Of a stretch of DNA of 64,000 nucleotides, positions 20,977-31,085 are shown piece by piece; the first letter of the stretch is position 1, and every line of letters begins with the position of its first letter. The DNA is from Patescibacteria group bacterium (lineage in GTDB: Bacteria > Patescibacteriota > Microgenomatia > UBA8517): NCBI GenBank assembly GCA_036835125.1, contig DAITMO010000001.1, forward strand, positions 501,160 through 565,159, in the 5' to 3' direction. The notes under the pieces were generated by a model that was not told where the DNA came from, did not search any database, and saw nothing but the letters and a program-made list of their open reading frames with translations. The translations under genes and the position numbers were made by a program.

Positions 20977-21594
20977 ATGGAAGATTCAAAACTTGAATTA
21001 CCTAGAGCCATAGATACCATGGGTGGTATTGAAAAATATGCATGTTGTTTTCAAATAACAGAAATCGAGATGGTAAAACTTTTAACAAACAAAACTGTTT
21101 TAGACTTGGGCTCAGGTTTGGGAGGATTGGCAAAAGAAGCAACAATTAAACATGTTCCCACTAAAATATTTTCTGTTAACCCCAAAATAATTACTGAAGC
21201 TACGAGAAGTAAGGAAAGAAAATATACATTAGAATTAGTAGAAGACTGTGGTAAAACTGAAAACGTTCAAAAGAAACATGATGATTTACTAACATCTGCT
21301 TTAGGAGAGAATTTACCTTATAAAAATGAATCTTTTGACATAGTTTTTGATGTCATGGCTGTTACGCATTATTCAAATGAAAACGATTTTCGAAAAGCAA
21401 TAAATGAAATGTTTAGAGTTACGAAAAAGGGAGGACAAATTTATATATATGCAGATTTTGGGGCTGAATTTGACAATGAGAAAAAATATATTGATAAAAG
21501 GGCAATTCTTAAACAAGAAGGAATTTCTTTTAGAGAATTAAGAGAAAACGGATACGGCTTACCAAAGGGGTTTAAAATAACAAAACCCGCTTGA
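20977..21594 (+). CDS. Class I SAM-dependent methyltransferase
   Basis: Motif I VLDLGSGLGGLA and the post-I acidic residue; MTase motif KKGGQIYI. Confidence 0.6.
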   Translation: MEDSKLELPRAIDTMGGIEKYACCFQITEIEMVKLLTNKTVLDLGSGLGGLAKEATIKHVPTKIFSVNPKIITEATRSKERKYTLELVEDCGKTENVQKKHDDLLTSALGENLPYKNESFDIVFDVMAVTHYSNENDFRKAINEMFRVTKKGGQIYIYADFGAEFDNEKKYIDKRAILKQEGISFRELRENGYGLPKGFKITKPA

Positions 21595-21625
21595 TATTTT
21601 CACAAAAATATTCAATACTTATCTA

Positions 21626-22363
21626 ATGCCTGAAAAAGAAAAACATGATCGCCACAGAATAGTTGTTGAGGAAGTCGAGTCTCCTTTAGAGGTAATTGAT
21701 GAAAACAAAAAAGTTTCTTCAAGTGAACTTGCTTCCGAAGAAAACATTCAACTTGCAGAGGAAAAACCTGAGAAGACATCCGAAGAATTGAGTGAGAACA
21801 AAATTGAGAATAATACCACAGATTCTACAGTGGATATTAAGCCAGAAGTAGATATCCCTATACCCCAGAACTTAGAATCACAACGAGTTAAACAAAAGTC
21901 TCCAGTTTTTTGGATTTTGATCCCTGGAATTTTTATACTTGGTGCAATTTTGGGTGGTTTAATCTTCTATCAGAGAGGTACAAACAATGTTAGTGTGAGT
22001 GAAAGTCCAATAGCAACAGCGAGCCCAACTACTAATGCAACACCTGTTCCAACTTCAACACCTGATGTAGATATATCAAAATTAGAAATTGCAGTATTTA
22101 ACGGTTCTGGAACTGCAGGAGAGGCAGGAAAAGTTAAAACATTACTTGAAGAAGCAGGTTTTACTGTAGCATCAACAGGAAATGCAGCAACATATGACTA
22201 TACAGATACTATTATTAAGGTAAAATCAGAAATTGATGATTCTGTTATTCAAAAAATAGAAGATGCATTAAAAGATGACTATTCTGTGGGAGACAATGAA
22301 ACTCTTTCAGCTTCAGCCACCACAGATATTCAAGTTGTGGTTGGTTCAACAAAGGCTAAATAG
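21626..22363 (+). CDS. Membrane-anchored protein with a LytR_C-type C-terminal domain
   Basis: Acidic N-terminus, one TM helix, a Thr/Pro-rich linker and a C-terminal segment LEIAVFNGSGTAGEAGKVKTLLEEAGFTV resembling the LytR C-terminal domain. Confidence 0.45.
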   Translation: MPEKEKHDRHRIVVEEVESPLEVIDENKKVSSSELASEENIQLAEEKPEKTSEELSENKIENNTTDSTVDIKPEVDIPIPQNLESQRVKQKSPVFWILIPGIFILGAILGGLIFYQRGTNNVSVSESPIATASPTTNATPVPTSTPDVDISKLEIAVFNGSGTAGEAGKVKTLLEEAGFTVASTGNAATYDYTDTIIKVKSEIDDSVIQKIEDALKDDYSVGDNETLSASATTDIQVVVGSTKAK

Positions 22364-22444
22364 TATGTCTAAACATTTAGGTGAATACTTCAATGGCCTG
22401 ATACTATTTTGATAAACCCGAAGAATGCAGAATTTTGACAATAA

Positions 22445-22963
22445 TTATTGATTATTTAGTGGAAGAATAACATTTTCATCATTCTCAATTCCTCTTTTGT
22501 ACATCTTTCTCGTACCAGGAGCCATGAGTTTTGGTTCATCTGAACCATGATAAAGTGTGGCTATTTTTACACAATCAATACTAAGGCCCCCATATATTCC
22601 TTGATCTAATTTAGATCCATAAGCTAAAAACATCTCCATAGGAAAGCGTTCACCATCGTCTTTATAGGAATTACCTCGATTATTGTAAACGACTATAAAC
22701 TTTTTATCTAAGCCTCCATCTTGTAAATCTTTTGGGGACACAATTCCTAATTGCCTTCTAAAATTAGTATAAATGTTCTCATTGTCGCTTTGTGATAAAG
22801 AACTACTATTCCACGACCTTGAATATTCTTTTGAAAACGTAGCAATTCTATCGTAAACCATAAGCATCTCATTTTCATCTAAATGAAGAGTGTCTCTGTA
22901 AGAGGAAGGTAAATTAAATTCAGAATTTTGTTTCTCCATTTGAGCGGGTAAGGGGAGTTGCAC
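22445..22963 (-). CDS. Hypothetical protein
   Basis: 172-aa ORF. I recognise no motifs. Confidence 0.4.
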   Translation of the reverse strand: MQLPLPAQMEKQNSEFNLPSSYRDTLHLDENEMLMVYDRIATFSKEYSRSWNSSSLSQSDNENIYTNFRRQLGIVSPKDLQDGGLDKKFIVVYNNRGNSYKDDGERFPMEMFLAYGSKLDQGIYGGLSIDCVKIATLYHGSDEPKLMAPGTRKMYKRGIENDENVILPLNNQ

Positions 22964-22999
22964 CCCTCTTTGCTCCTTGGAAGGGAGCCGTTGAACTGA

Positions 23000-23683
23000 T
23001 CAACTATACCCGCATTGATTTTTAACTGCCTCTATCCAACCCATTATTCTATGAAACAAATAAACACCTTTCTGTCCATCTCCTCCAGAGTAAACTGTTA
23101 CTTCTGCTGTTCCATACCTGCACTTGCCAACATTTTTCTCAGACTTATTTTGTCTACAATCAATTTGTGTTTTTCTAAACTGGCTTATAGGAATTTTAGT
23201 TGTTTTTGACCAAAAACTCAAGATTTTGTTTATATCCAAGTCTGGATATGTGTGTATTGCAATTTTAAAATTGTTTAATCCTAAACCGCAAGATAGCTTA
23301 AACCAATTGATTATTGTTCTTATGATAATTGGATCTGAATTTACAAATCTAACCATTTGAGTTTTATTTTTAGCACCTTCACCAATATAGAGCCCAAGAC
23401 CTATCATCCAGAGGTCTCTGTCAGAAATTAAACCAATTTCTTTAACTCCAAAATTGTGAGCTTTACTGTCACGTTTTATTTTCATAATATGAAGTACTTC
23501 GGAAGATTTCTTTATTGAATTCTTGATTCTATTTTGAACAATTTTATTTGGAGTATATTGAATGTTTTTTAACCAATAACTTAATGTGCTCTTAGATACA
23601 TTTAATTTTTTTGCTATTAATGGATAAGAATATCCAAGTTTTCTTAATTCAACAGCTTTATCTTTCTTTACTAGATTATTCAT
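23000..23683 (-). CDS. LAGLIDADG-family homing-endonuclease-like protein with an N-terminal HTH. The start is probably the Met at 23683.
   Basis: HTH segment KLGYSYPLIAKKLNVSKSTLSYWLKN, then a LAGLIDADG-type motif WMIGLGLYIGEGAKNK. The gene abuts tRNA-Leu(TAA). Confidence 0.45.
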   Translation of the reverse strand: MNNLVKKDKAVELRKLGYSYPLIAKKLNVSKSTLSYWLKNIQYTPNKIVQNRIKNSIKKSSEVLHIMKIKRDSKAHNFGVKEIGLISDRDLWMIGLGLYIGEGAKNKTQMVRFVNSDPIIIRTIINWFKLSCGLGLNNFKIAIHTYPDLDINKILSFWSKTTKIPISQFRKTQIDCRQNKSEKNVGKCRYGTAEVTVYSGGDGQKGVYLFHRIMGWIEAVKNQCGYS

Positions 23684-23770
23684 AATTGGAATACCATATA
23701 TATTACTAGCAGGTTGTAGTTCTAGGTACAAGTACAAAAATACTATACAAAATGATAAAATATCCATATT

Positions 23771-23857
23771 GCCGAGGTGGCGAAATGGTATACGCAAGGG
23801 CCTTAAGAGCCCTCGAGCCTTAAACTCATGCAGGTTCGAGTCCTGTCCTCGGCACCC
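23771..23857 (+). tRNA. tRNA-Leu (anticodon TAA), type II
   Basis: Acceptor stem GCCGAGG/CCTCGGC, anticodon loop CTTAAGA, long variable arm, T arm CAGG/TTCGAGT. Confidence 0.8.
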
Positions 23858-24091
23858 AAAAGTTTAATATCGAAACTAATAAATCGATTCCTGTACAACA
23901 AATCCAACACGTGGGCGTGGGGGAGGAAAAAGAGAATGGAAATAGGAAGAGTAAAGGTATAAGTACATTGTGGAGGACGATGTTTTTTAATTCTATAAAG
24001 ATTTATTATAAAAAAAGAAGTTATCGCTAAACAACATTACGAGAACTTTGGACGTTTATCGGATATAAAATGTCTTGCCTAAAGAATTATT

Positions 24092-25192
24092 ATGAAAAAG
24101 GTAATTTTTATTTTATTGTTTTGGCTACTAATAATTAATATTTTTGCTTTATTAGTATTGAATAGATTTAATTTGAAAGGTGATACTGCTTATGCCTGGA
24201 TTAACTCATCGGTAACTGTTCAAGAGCAATCGTGGAATCTAATCACACCTCATTCACGCTGGGACTCCCTTTTTTATACCGACATTGCTCAAAATGGTTA
24301 TTATTTTACACTTGACAATGTTTATTCAAATATAGTTTTTTTTCCGCTCTACCCTTTTATAATTCGTGTAATCTCACCACTACTTTTTGGAAATTTTGTT
24401 TTAGCTGGTTGGTTTGTGAGTATTCTTTCATTGGCTGGAGCAATAATTGTTTTTTATAAACTTCTCAAAGATTTTCATCCAGATATTGACCCAGAAACGC
24501 CGATATTTTATTTATTGATTTTTCCCACTGCTTTTTTCCTTAATGCTGTATATTCAGAATCACTTTTTCTTTTTTTGTCGTTGTTAACTTTTTATTATGC
24601 TTTGAAAGGTCACTTTGGACCTGCTGTTTTTGTTGGTTTTCTTGCTGCGATTACACGTATTACAGGGATTTTGTTATTTATTCCTGTTCTCTATGAATTT
24701 TGGAAAAAAAATAAAACACATAAATTTTTGAGCTTATCTATTTTTCCTTTGCTCCTTATTCCTTTGGGTACTTTTTTGTTTTTTCTTTATCATTATTTTG
24801 TTTTTGGAGACTTTTTTCTTTATCTAAAAATACAAAGCGCATGGGGTAGAGCATTCCAATTTAACAAAGACCATTTTCTTTTTTTCTCCAACCCCGCAAT
24901 TATAAATTTTTTTCTTGATATTTTCTTTACTGGTTTTGCACTTTTTAGTACTTACCATGTATTTAAGCAAAAATGGATTTCGTATGGACTTTATATCCTT
25001 GCTACACTTAGTGTAGCTTTGAGTACTGGAACACTTATATCTATAGGGCGATTTATTTTGGTACTTTTTCCAATTTACATAGTGCTTGCTACTATTAAGA
25101 ATTTCTACTTTGAAAAAATTTATACACTTGGTTCTTTGCTTCTTTTTGCACTTAACATTATGTTATTTGTAAATTGGTATTGGGCAGGTTAA
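24092..25192 (+). CDS. Polytopic membrane protein, GT-C-type glycosyl/mannosyltransferase-like (PIG-V/DUF2029-like)
   Basis: 366 aa with about 10 TM helices. The segment WDSLFYTDIAQNGYYF resembles the signature loop of the mannosyltransferase PIG-V family. Confidence 0.5.
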   Translation: MKKVIFILLFWLLIINIFALLVLNRFNLKGDTAYAWINSSVTVQEQSWNLITPHSRWDSLFYTDIAQNGYYFTLDNVYSNIVFFPLYPFIIRVISPLLFGNFVLAGWFVSILSLAGAIIVFYKLLKDFHPDIDPETPIFYLLIFPTAFFLNAVYSESLFLFLSLLTFYYALKGHFGPAVFVGFLAAITRITGILLFIPVLYEFWKKNKTHKFLSLSIFPLLLIPLGTFLFFLYHYFVFGDFFLYLKIQSAWGRAFQFNKDHFLFFSNPAIINFFLDIFFTGFALFSTYHVFKQKWISYGLYILATLSVALSTGTLISIGRFILVLFPIYIVLATIKNFYFEKIYTLGSLLLFALNIMLFVNWYWAG

Positions 25193-25448
25193 AAATTTTA
25201 GACGCGCTATTAGTTTCGTTCAACATTGTTTCAAAATCAATCTAACAAGACACATAAAAAGTTATTCCAGATTTATCAAGACAAAAAATTAAATGTTCGG
25301 TTGAAAGATTATAAACACAACCAATAAGTGAATCTTAAATTCCTTTAGCAAAAACTTATCTTTTATTGGACGAAGGCATGGTTACAAAAGTTTTCTTTGT
25401 TCAGATACCGATGTTAGAATTATTTGCTAATAAATATAAATTTATTTG

Positions 25449-25520
25449 TCGGGGACCCGGGAATTGGACCCGGTGCCTTCCGCTCCCAAAGCGGACATTC
25501 TACCGTCGAACTCGTCCCCG
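25449..25520 (-). tRNA. tRNA-Pro (anticodon TGG)
   Basis: Reverse complement folds as a cloverleaf with anticodon loop TTTGGGA and acceptor stem CGGGGAC/GTCCCCG. Confidence 0.75.
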
Positions 25521-25564
25521 TAATCTGATCATAATCAGAGCCTATATTTTAACACAAATTAGAT

Positions 25565-27217
25565 TTATTTTTCAGCAGAAGCTTTAAGAAATTCAATGAA
25601 GATAGGATGTGGAGTTAGTGCACGGCTAATGTATTCAGGATGGTACTGTGTTCCTATAAAAAATTTATGACCTTTTAGCTCTATTGCCTCAACCAGTTTA
25701 CCATCAGGTGAAGTGCCACTAAACACAAATCCTTTCTTTTCATAAAGTTCTTTGTACTTATTATTAAACTCATATCTGTGTCTATGACGCTCATTTAAAA
25801 CTAAGTTTTTACCATATATTTTTTCAAGTCTTGTGCCTTTTTTAATCTTTAAAGGCCATGCACCAAGCCTGATTGTTCCTCCAAATTGTTTATTTCTAAT
25901 AAGTTCTTTTTGGTAATCCATTGTGTGTATTACTGGATGTCTAGTTTTATCTTCAGCTTCTTCTGTGTTTGCATCTTTTAATCCTAAAACATTTCTTGCA
26001 AACTCAATGGTTGCCATTTGCATTCCAAAACAAAGTCCTAGATAGGGAACATTTTTTTCTCTTGCATATTTTATTGCTTTTACTTTTCCATCAATTCCTC
26101 GCTTACCCCATCCTTGAGGAACAAGAATTCCATCTGCAAAGGAAAGATCCATATTTTTATCCTCTGAATCAATCCAATTTATTTCAATTCCAATTCCAGA
26201 ATGCGCTGAGGCGTGACGTAGTGCCTCTACAACGCTTACATAAGTATCTTGGAGTATATAGTCACCACTTTTTTGATATTTGCCTACAATAGCTATTTTG
26301 ACAGTTTTTTCTTTCTTTCCTATTATCTTTTTAACAAGTTCTCTCCAATGTCCCAGGTCTTTCTTTCCTTGTTTAAGTCCAAGCTTCTTAAGTATTTTTT
26401 GATCTAATTTTTCTTTCATTAAAAAAAGAGGAACTTTATAGACAGAGTCCAAATCGGGATTACTAATTATATTTTCAATGGGTAAGCCTGAAGCTAAAGC
26501 GATTTTACCTTTTCTTTTTTCATCGATTGGTTTTTCGGCCCTACCTACAACAAAATCTGGCATAATTCCAAGAGAATTAAGAGTCGAAATAGATTGTTGC
26601 ATGGGTTTGCTTTTAAGCTCTCCAATGTTCCCTGGAGCAGGAAGATATCCAACATGAATTAGGGCCACATCATTTGATTTTTGAAGCTTAAGTCTTCTAT
26701 ATGCCTCAAAGAAAAGAAGACCCTCATATTCTCCAACGGTTCCTCCAAATTCAACAATAACAATATCTGCTTTATGTGATTCTCCTGCAAGCCTCCATCT
26801 TTCTATAATCTCTGGTGGAATATGGTGATATGGTTCAACACATTTACCTCCATATTCCAAGGCTCTTTCTTTATCTAAAACAAATTTCCAAATCTGGCCG
26901 TTGGTTAGATAATTTGCACGAGTCAAATCTATATTCATAAATCTTTCGTAGTGCCCCAGGTCTTGATCAGTTTCTAATCCATCACCTGTAACAAAAACTT
27001 CGCCGTGCTCAAGTGGATTCATTGTACCTGCGTCGATATTAAGATACATGTCGCACTTCATAACTGTGACTTTGTAGCCTCTATCTTGAAGAAGAAGACC
27101 AAGGGAGGCAGCAGTAATACCTTTTCCAAGGCCGCTAAGGACACCGCCAGAGACAATAATGTATTTCACCTTGGAACCACTTATACCATATCCGTCTGAA
27201 GTAGTGTCAATAAGCAC
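25565..27217 (-). CDS. pyrG: CTP synthase
   Basis: 550 aa. N-terminus KYIIVSGGVLSGLGKGITAASLG and a C-terminal glutamine amidotransferase domain (GLCFGMQ). Confidence 0.95.
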   Translation of the reverse strand: MLIDTTSDGYGISGSKVKYIIVSGGVLSGLGKGITAASLGLLLQDRGYKVTVMKCDMYLNIDAGTMNPLEHGEVFVTGDGLETDQDLGHYERFMNIDLTRANYLTNGQIWKFVLDKERALEYGGKCVEPYHHIPPEIIERWRLAGESHKADIVIVEFGGTVGEYEGLLFFEAYRRLKLQKSNDVALIHVGYLPAPGNIGELKSKPMQQSISTLNSLGIMPDFVVGRAEKPIDEKRKGKIALASGLPIENIISNPDLDSVYKVPLFLMKEKLDQKILKKLGLKQGKKDLGHWRELVKKIIGKKEKTVKIAIVGKYQKSGDYILQDTYVSVVEALRHASAHSGIGIEINWIDSEDKNMDLSFADGILVPQGWGKRGIDGKVKAIKYAREKNVPYLGLCFGMQMATIEFARNVLGLKDANTEEAEDKTRHPVIHTMDYQKELIRNKQFGGTIRLGAWPLKIKKGTRLEKIYGKNLVLNERHRHRYEFNNKYKELYEKKGFVFSGTSPDGKLVEAIELKGHKFFIGTQYHPEYISRALTPHPIFIEFLKASAEK

Positions 27218-27239
27218 TTTTCACGAAATAATAAGTACT

Positions 27240-27313
27240 GTGCGCCCAGCAAGAGTTGAACTTGCAACCTTCCGTTCCGAAGACGGACGCTCTATCCAGT
27301 TGAGCTATGGGCG
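27240..27313 (-). tRNA. tRNA-Arg (anticodon TCG)
   Basis: Reverse complement GCGCCCA...TGGGCGC with anticodon loop CTTCGGA. Confidence 0.8.
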
Positions 27314-27372
27314 CTAATTTGACTTCTTTCTGGTACAATTATACTCGAAAACCGAAAGGTTTGTAATTTTTT

Positions 27373-28452
27373 ATGCTAACAATAGACGAACAAATTGAAC
27401 AAATAGAAGAAACTTTAAGGAAAACTCCTCACCATAAAGCAACAAATGGTTTTATTGGCGCAATGAGAGCCAAAATTTCAAGACTCAAGGATAAAGAGAT
27501 AGAACAGGCTGGGAAAAAAGGTGGAGGAGGTGGGGGAGGGTATCAAGTTAAAAAACAGGGAGATGCCACTATCGTACTAGTAGGTCCGCCATCTGCTGGT
27601 AAATCTACCTTGATTAATCTTCTAACAAATGCAGAAAGTAAAGTTGCCCCATACGCTTTTACTACAGTGACAGTTGTACCTGGAATGCTTAAACACAAGG
27701 AGGCATATATTCAGATTTTAGATATTCCAGGACTTATTACAGGTGCAAGGGAAGGTAAGGGAAGGGGGAAAGAGGTGTTATCTGTTGCCCGAGGTGCTGA
27801 TCTTTTAATCGTAATGACTGATGTAAAAAGGGTTCCACTTTTTGAAAGCATGGTAGCTGAACTGATTGGAGCTGGAATTAGAATTAATGAAGAGCCTCCC
27901 AAGGTGTTAATTGAAAAAAAGATTAGTGGAGGTTTAGAAGTTTTCTCCAATATTAAACAAGATATAGACAAAGATACTATTAAAGAAATTGCTCGTGAAT
28001 ATGGAATTAAAAATGGAACAATAACCCTTCAAGAAAATGTGACCATGGAGCGGCTTTTTGACGCCTTTTCAGAAAACCGTGTTTATATTCCCACCCTTTG
28101 GGTGATAAACAAAATTGATGAAGAGCCAAACTACAAAGAACAAATTGATGGGGAATATGTTGCTATAAGTGCAGGTAATGCAAAAGGAATTGATAAGCTA
28201 ATAGAAAAAATCTGGAAAGCTCTAAAGTTTGTTACAGTTTATTTAGTAAAACCAGATGAGGATATTCAAAGAGGTGACCCCATTATAATGAAAGAGGGAG
28301 ATACATTGCGCGACATTGCATTAAAAATTGGTCCAGACTTTGCAGAAAGCAAAAAGATAGTTAAAATTTGGGGAGAGGGTGCAAAATTCCCAGGACAAGA
28401 AGTTTCCTTTGATACAAAGGTGTTAGACGGAATGAAAGTGAGATTTATTTAA
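27373..28452 (+). CDS. DRG-family (developmentally regulated GTP-binding protein/Rbg1-like) GTPase with a TGS domain
   Basis: N-terminal helix (ATNGFIGAMRAKISRLK), Gly-rich stretch, G1 GPPSAGKST, G3 DIPGLI, then a C-terminal TGS-like domain. The whole length collinear with eukaryotic and archaeal DRG1. Confidence 0.75.
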   Translation: MLTIDEQIEQIEETLRKTPHHKATNGFIGAMRAKISRLKDKEIEQAGKKGGGGGGGYQVKKQGDATIVLVGPPSAGKSTLINLLTNAESKVAPYAFTTVTVVPGMLKHKEAYIQILDIPGLITGAREGKGRGKEVLSVARGADLLIVMTDVKRVPLFESMVAELIGAGIRINEEPPKVLIEKKISGGLEVFSNIKQDIDKDTIKEIAREYGIKNGTITLQENVTMERLFDAFSENRVYIPTLWVINKIDEEPNYKEQIDGEYVAISAGNAKGIDKLIEKIWKALKFVTVYLVKPDEDIQRGDPIIMKEGDTLRDIALKIGPDFAESKKIVKIWGEGAKFPGQEVSFDTKVLDGMKVRFI

Positions 28453-28453
28453 C

Positions 28454-29290
28454 ATGAATTACGAATTAATAGATAGTGGAGAAGGTCGTCGCTTAGAACG
28501 CTTTGGAGACTATATTTTGGATAGACCAGATCCTCAAATTATTTGGAATAAAAATTTAGGAATTGATGTATGGGAAAAGTGTGACGCTTATTTTAAAAGA
28601 ATTTCAGAAGACAAGGGTAAATGGATTATCAATAACAAAATTTCAGAAAAATGGATAATGGAACACAATGGAATCAAGTTTTATTCAAAACTAACACCTT
28701 TTAAACACACTGGAGTTTTTCCAGAACAATCTGTTCAGTGGGATTATGTATATGAAAGATTAAAAAGTGAGAGTAGAAAATTAAATGTATTGAATCTATT
28801 TGGTTATACAGGAATTGTATCCCTTTTTGCTGCCAAAGCGGGAGTTTTTGTAACACACGTTGATGCAAGTCGCCCTGCAATAACTTGGGCAAATGAGAAT
28901 AGAAGCTTAAACAACAACAACTGGCCCATTCGTTGGATTGTTGATGATGCTTTAAAGTTCACAGGAAGGGAAATTAAAAGGGGAGTAAAGTATGATGCGA
29001 TAATAATGGATCCGCCTGCCTATGGTCATGGACCAACAGGAGAAGTGTGGGACTTTAACCGTGATTTTCCAAAACTTTTAAACAACTGCAAACAAATATT
29101 AGTTGATACTCCTTTATTTGTTCTGGTTAATGCTTATGCAATCTCTTCCTCTTCAATAACTTTGGCAAACACTTTAAACGATGCTTTTAAACAATTCGAA
29201 GGTCAAATTGAGAATGGGGAACTGACACTTAAAGAAACTTCAGGAGGTAGACTTCTTTCTACTGGAATTTGGGCAAGGTGGAGTAAATAA
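28454..29290 (+). CDS. Class I SAM-dependent methyltransferase (RlmI/YccW-like rRNA MTase family)
   Basis: SAM-binding LNLFGYTGIVSLFAA and the IIMDPPAY motif. Starts 2 nt after the GTPase stop. Confidence 0.5.
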   Translation: MNYELIDSGEGRRLERFGDYILDRPDPQIIWNKNLGIDVWEKCDAYFKRISEDKGKWIINNKISEKWIMEHNGIKFYSKLTPFKHTGVFPEQSVQWDYVYERLKSESRKLNVLNLFGYTGIVSLFAAKAGVFVTHVDASRPAITWANENRSLNNNNWPIRWIVDDALKFTGREIKRGVKYDAIIMDPPAYGHGPTGEVWDFNRDFPKLLNNCKQILVDTPLFVLVNAYAISSSSITLANTLNDAFKQFEGQIENGELTLKETSGGRLLSTGIWARWSK

Positions 29291-29319
29291 TTTAAAAATG
29301 CTAAAATATGCGTGTCTTC

Positions 29320-29392
29320 GGGCCGCTAGCTCAACGGTAGAGCTGTACCCTCTTAAGGTAATGGTTACAGGTTCGAATCCTGTGCGGCTCAC
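29320..29392 (+). tRNA. tRNA-Lys (anticodon CTT)
   Basis: Acceptor stem GGGCCGC/GCGGCTC, anticodon loop CTCTTAA, T arm ACAGG/TTCGAAT/CCTGT. Confidence 0.75.
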
Positions 29393-29456
29393 ATTGTTTA
29401 TAGAGAAATTTAGCCTCAGAATTTTCTTGAAAGTAGTAGTAGACCAATAGGTAAAA

Positions 29457-29945
29457 TTATTTTTTCCACTCATGTCTCTGTTTGCATGAAAGCGTTGTAT
29501 TTTGGTTTTCTATTCGTTGATAAAACATGCGCATTAGGCTATGACGAGACCAAATATCGTTTAAGCCCAACTGGTTAATAACAAACCCAGCGATTATTAT
29601 TGAAGCAATAAATCCAATAATAATTACAAAGAAATTTTTCTTATACGAAAAATCATATTTTTTAAGGAAATATATTCCTGTCCCGATTCCAAAAAATGCC
29701 AAAATCGGTACCCAGAAAGGAAAACTATTTAGCATTATTGTGAGCCTCCCATAACCCGGACCCTGCTTTTTGATAAGGAATATAGTCAGATTAATCAGAA
29801 ATACTGCCATTACTGTTGTGACAATTGTTCCGAGAAGCATAAAGGCAGAGCCAACGGCAAAATACCACTTCGACTTCATGACAATCTTACCGGAAATAAC
29901 ACGCGACATAACTCCTTTTTCAAAATCTATTTTATTTTTTGACAT
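29457..29945 (-). CDS. Membrane protein downstream of the ECF sigma factor. Putative anti-sigma factor.
   Basis: 162 aa with four TM helices. Overlaps the sigma gene stop, consistent with an operon. Confidence 0.4.
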   Translation of the reverse strand: MSKNKIDFEKGVMSRVISGKIVMKSKWYFAVGSAFMLLGTIVTTVMAVFLINLTIFLIKKQGPGYGRLTIMLNSFPFWVPILAFFGIGTGIYFLKKYDFSYKKNFFVIIIGFIASIIIAGFVINQLGLNDIWSRHSLMRMFYQRIENQNTTLSCKQRHEWKK

Positions 29946-30475
29946 ATTTTTTTCATTATAACCTTTGCACGATTTATTCTTGTCCCGACCGTGCCAATTG
30001 GAATTCTTAAAATGTCGCTTATTTCTTCATAGGATTTTTCCTCCAAGAAGTATAGTGATAAGGGCTCCCTATAGATAACGGTCATTTTATTTAAACAGTT
30101 ATGCGTGTTATTTTTAAGTTCCTTTTTAATAAACTCGTCTTCGATATCTATTTTGCTATCAAAATCAGTTCCTTCAAATAATGAAATCTCTTTTTTCTGT
30201 GTATGAATTAAATTTATGGCCTCATTATGGACAATTCTATATATATAACTTCCAAACTTCTTTTTAGTATCGAAGCCGTTTAAGTTTATATATGTTTTTA
30301 TAAATGATTCCTGAACGACGTCGGCAGCTTTATGCTCATCCCCCAGTAAATAATTTGCGTATCTCATAAGCTTATCCTGGTAACGTTTAATTATATGAAC
30401 ATACAGTTCCTTGTCTTTTTTTCGGGTCAATTCGACTATCTTTTCATCCGATAATTTTAATAGATCTTCCATCAT
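29927..30475 (-). CDS. ECF-type RNA polymerase sigma-70 family factor
   Basis: Region 2 (DVVQESFIKTY) and region 4 HTH (SYEEISDILRIPIGTVGTRINRAK). Confidence 0.75.
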   Translation of the reverse strand: MMEDLLKLSDEKIVELTRKKDKELYVHIIKRYQDKLMRYANYLLGDEHKAADVVQESFIKTYINLNGFDTKKKFGSYIYRIVHNEAINLIHTQKKEISLFEGTDFDSKIDIEDEFIKKELKNNTHNCLNKMTVIYREPLSLYFLEEKSYEEISDILRIPIGTVGTRINRAKVIMKKICQKIK

Positions 30476-30525
30476 TTTCTATTCTAGTATATATCCCATT
30501 CATATTTTTCCTTTATTCCATTACT

Positions 30526-30552
30526 AAAACCTCACTTTTTAGATGAGGTTTT
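30526..30552. terminator. Hairpin AAAACCTCA-N9-TGAGGTTTT downstream of the 30573..30941 gene
   Basis: 9-bp inverted repeat with A/T flanks, read directly from the sequence. Confidence 0.3.
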
Positions 30553-30572
30553 AGTAACTACTTACTCGGCTT

Positions 30573-30941
30573 TTAACGATTAACGTTTCTGCCGTAGCTC
30601 ATACCTTGGCCAGAGTTTTGCAGTCCCAATCCAAGTTCTGTTCTTATTGCGTTTGCCTCTGCGGTTTTTCCGTCAAGCATCAACTGATGCATTTCGGTAA
30701 ACCTAGCAAAGTTACTCTCATTGATTATCTGGGTAACTCTGCCCCTACCTTGCATTTGTTTTTTCCATGCATTGTAGTCTTTGTTTTCAAATGCCTTAGT
30801 CATGGCTTCATGCCTTTCGGCTGTGTAGTTTGGACCCTGGACATTTGGATCGCCCCTATAGGCAAGCGCACTTGAGGAGGTAGCAAAAAATGCTCCGATT
30901 CCTAGTGCAACTGCTGATAATGCTAAAATTGTTTTGTTCAT
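30573..30941 (-). CDS. Small secreted protein, hypothetical
   Basis: 122 aa with a signal peptide (MNKTILALSAVALGIGAFFATSSSALA). Confidence 0.4.
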   Translation of the reverse strand: MNKTILALSAVALGIGAFFATSSSALAYRGDPNVQGPNYTAERHEAMTKAFENKDYNAWKKQMQGRGRVTQIINESNFARFTEMHQLMLDGKTAEANAIRTELGLGLQNSGQGMSYGRNVNR

Positions 30942-31085
30942 ATATTTTCACCCCCTTTTATCGATCTACTAGTTATACAAAGAAGGATGTATTTTTCTTT
31001 CAATTGAGGTCAAATATTGCTTGCCAATCTTTCACAACATCTGTAAATTGATCTATAACTAAGTTTGGAACAGAAAAATTTGGGC

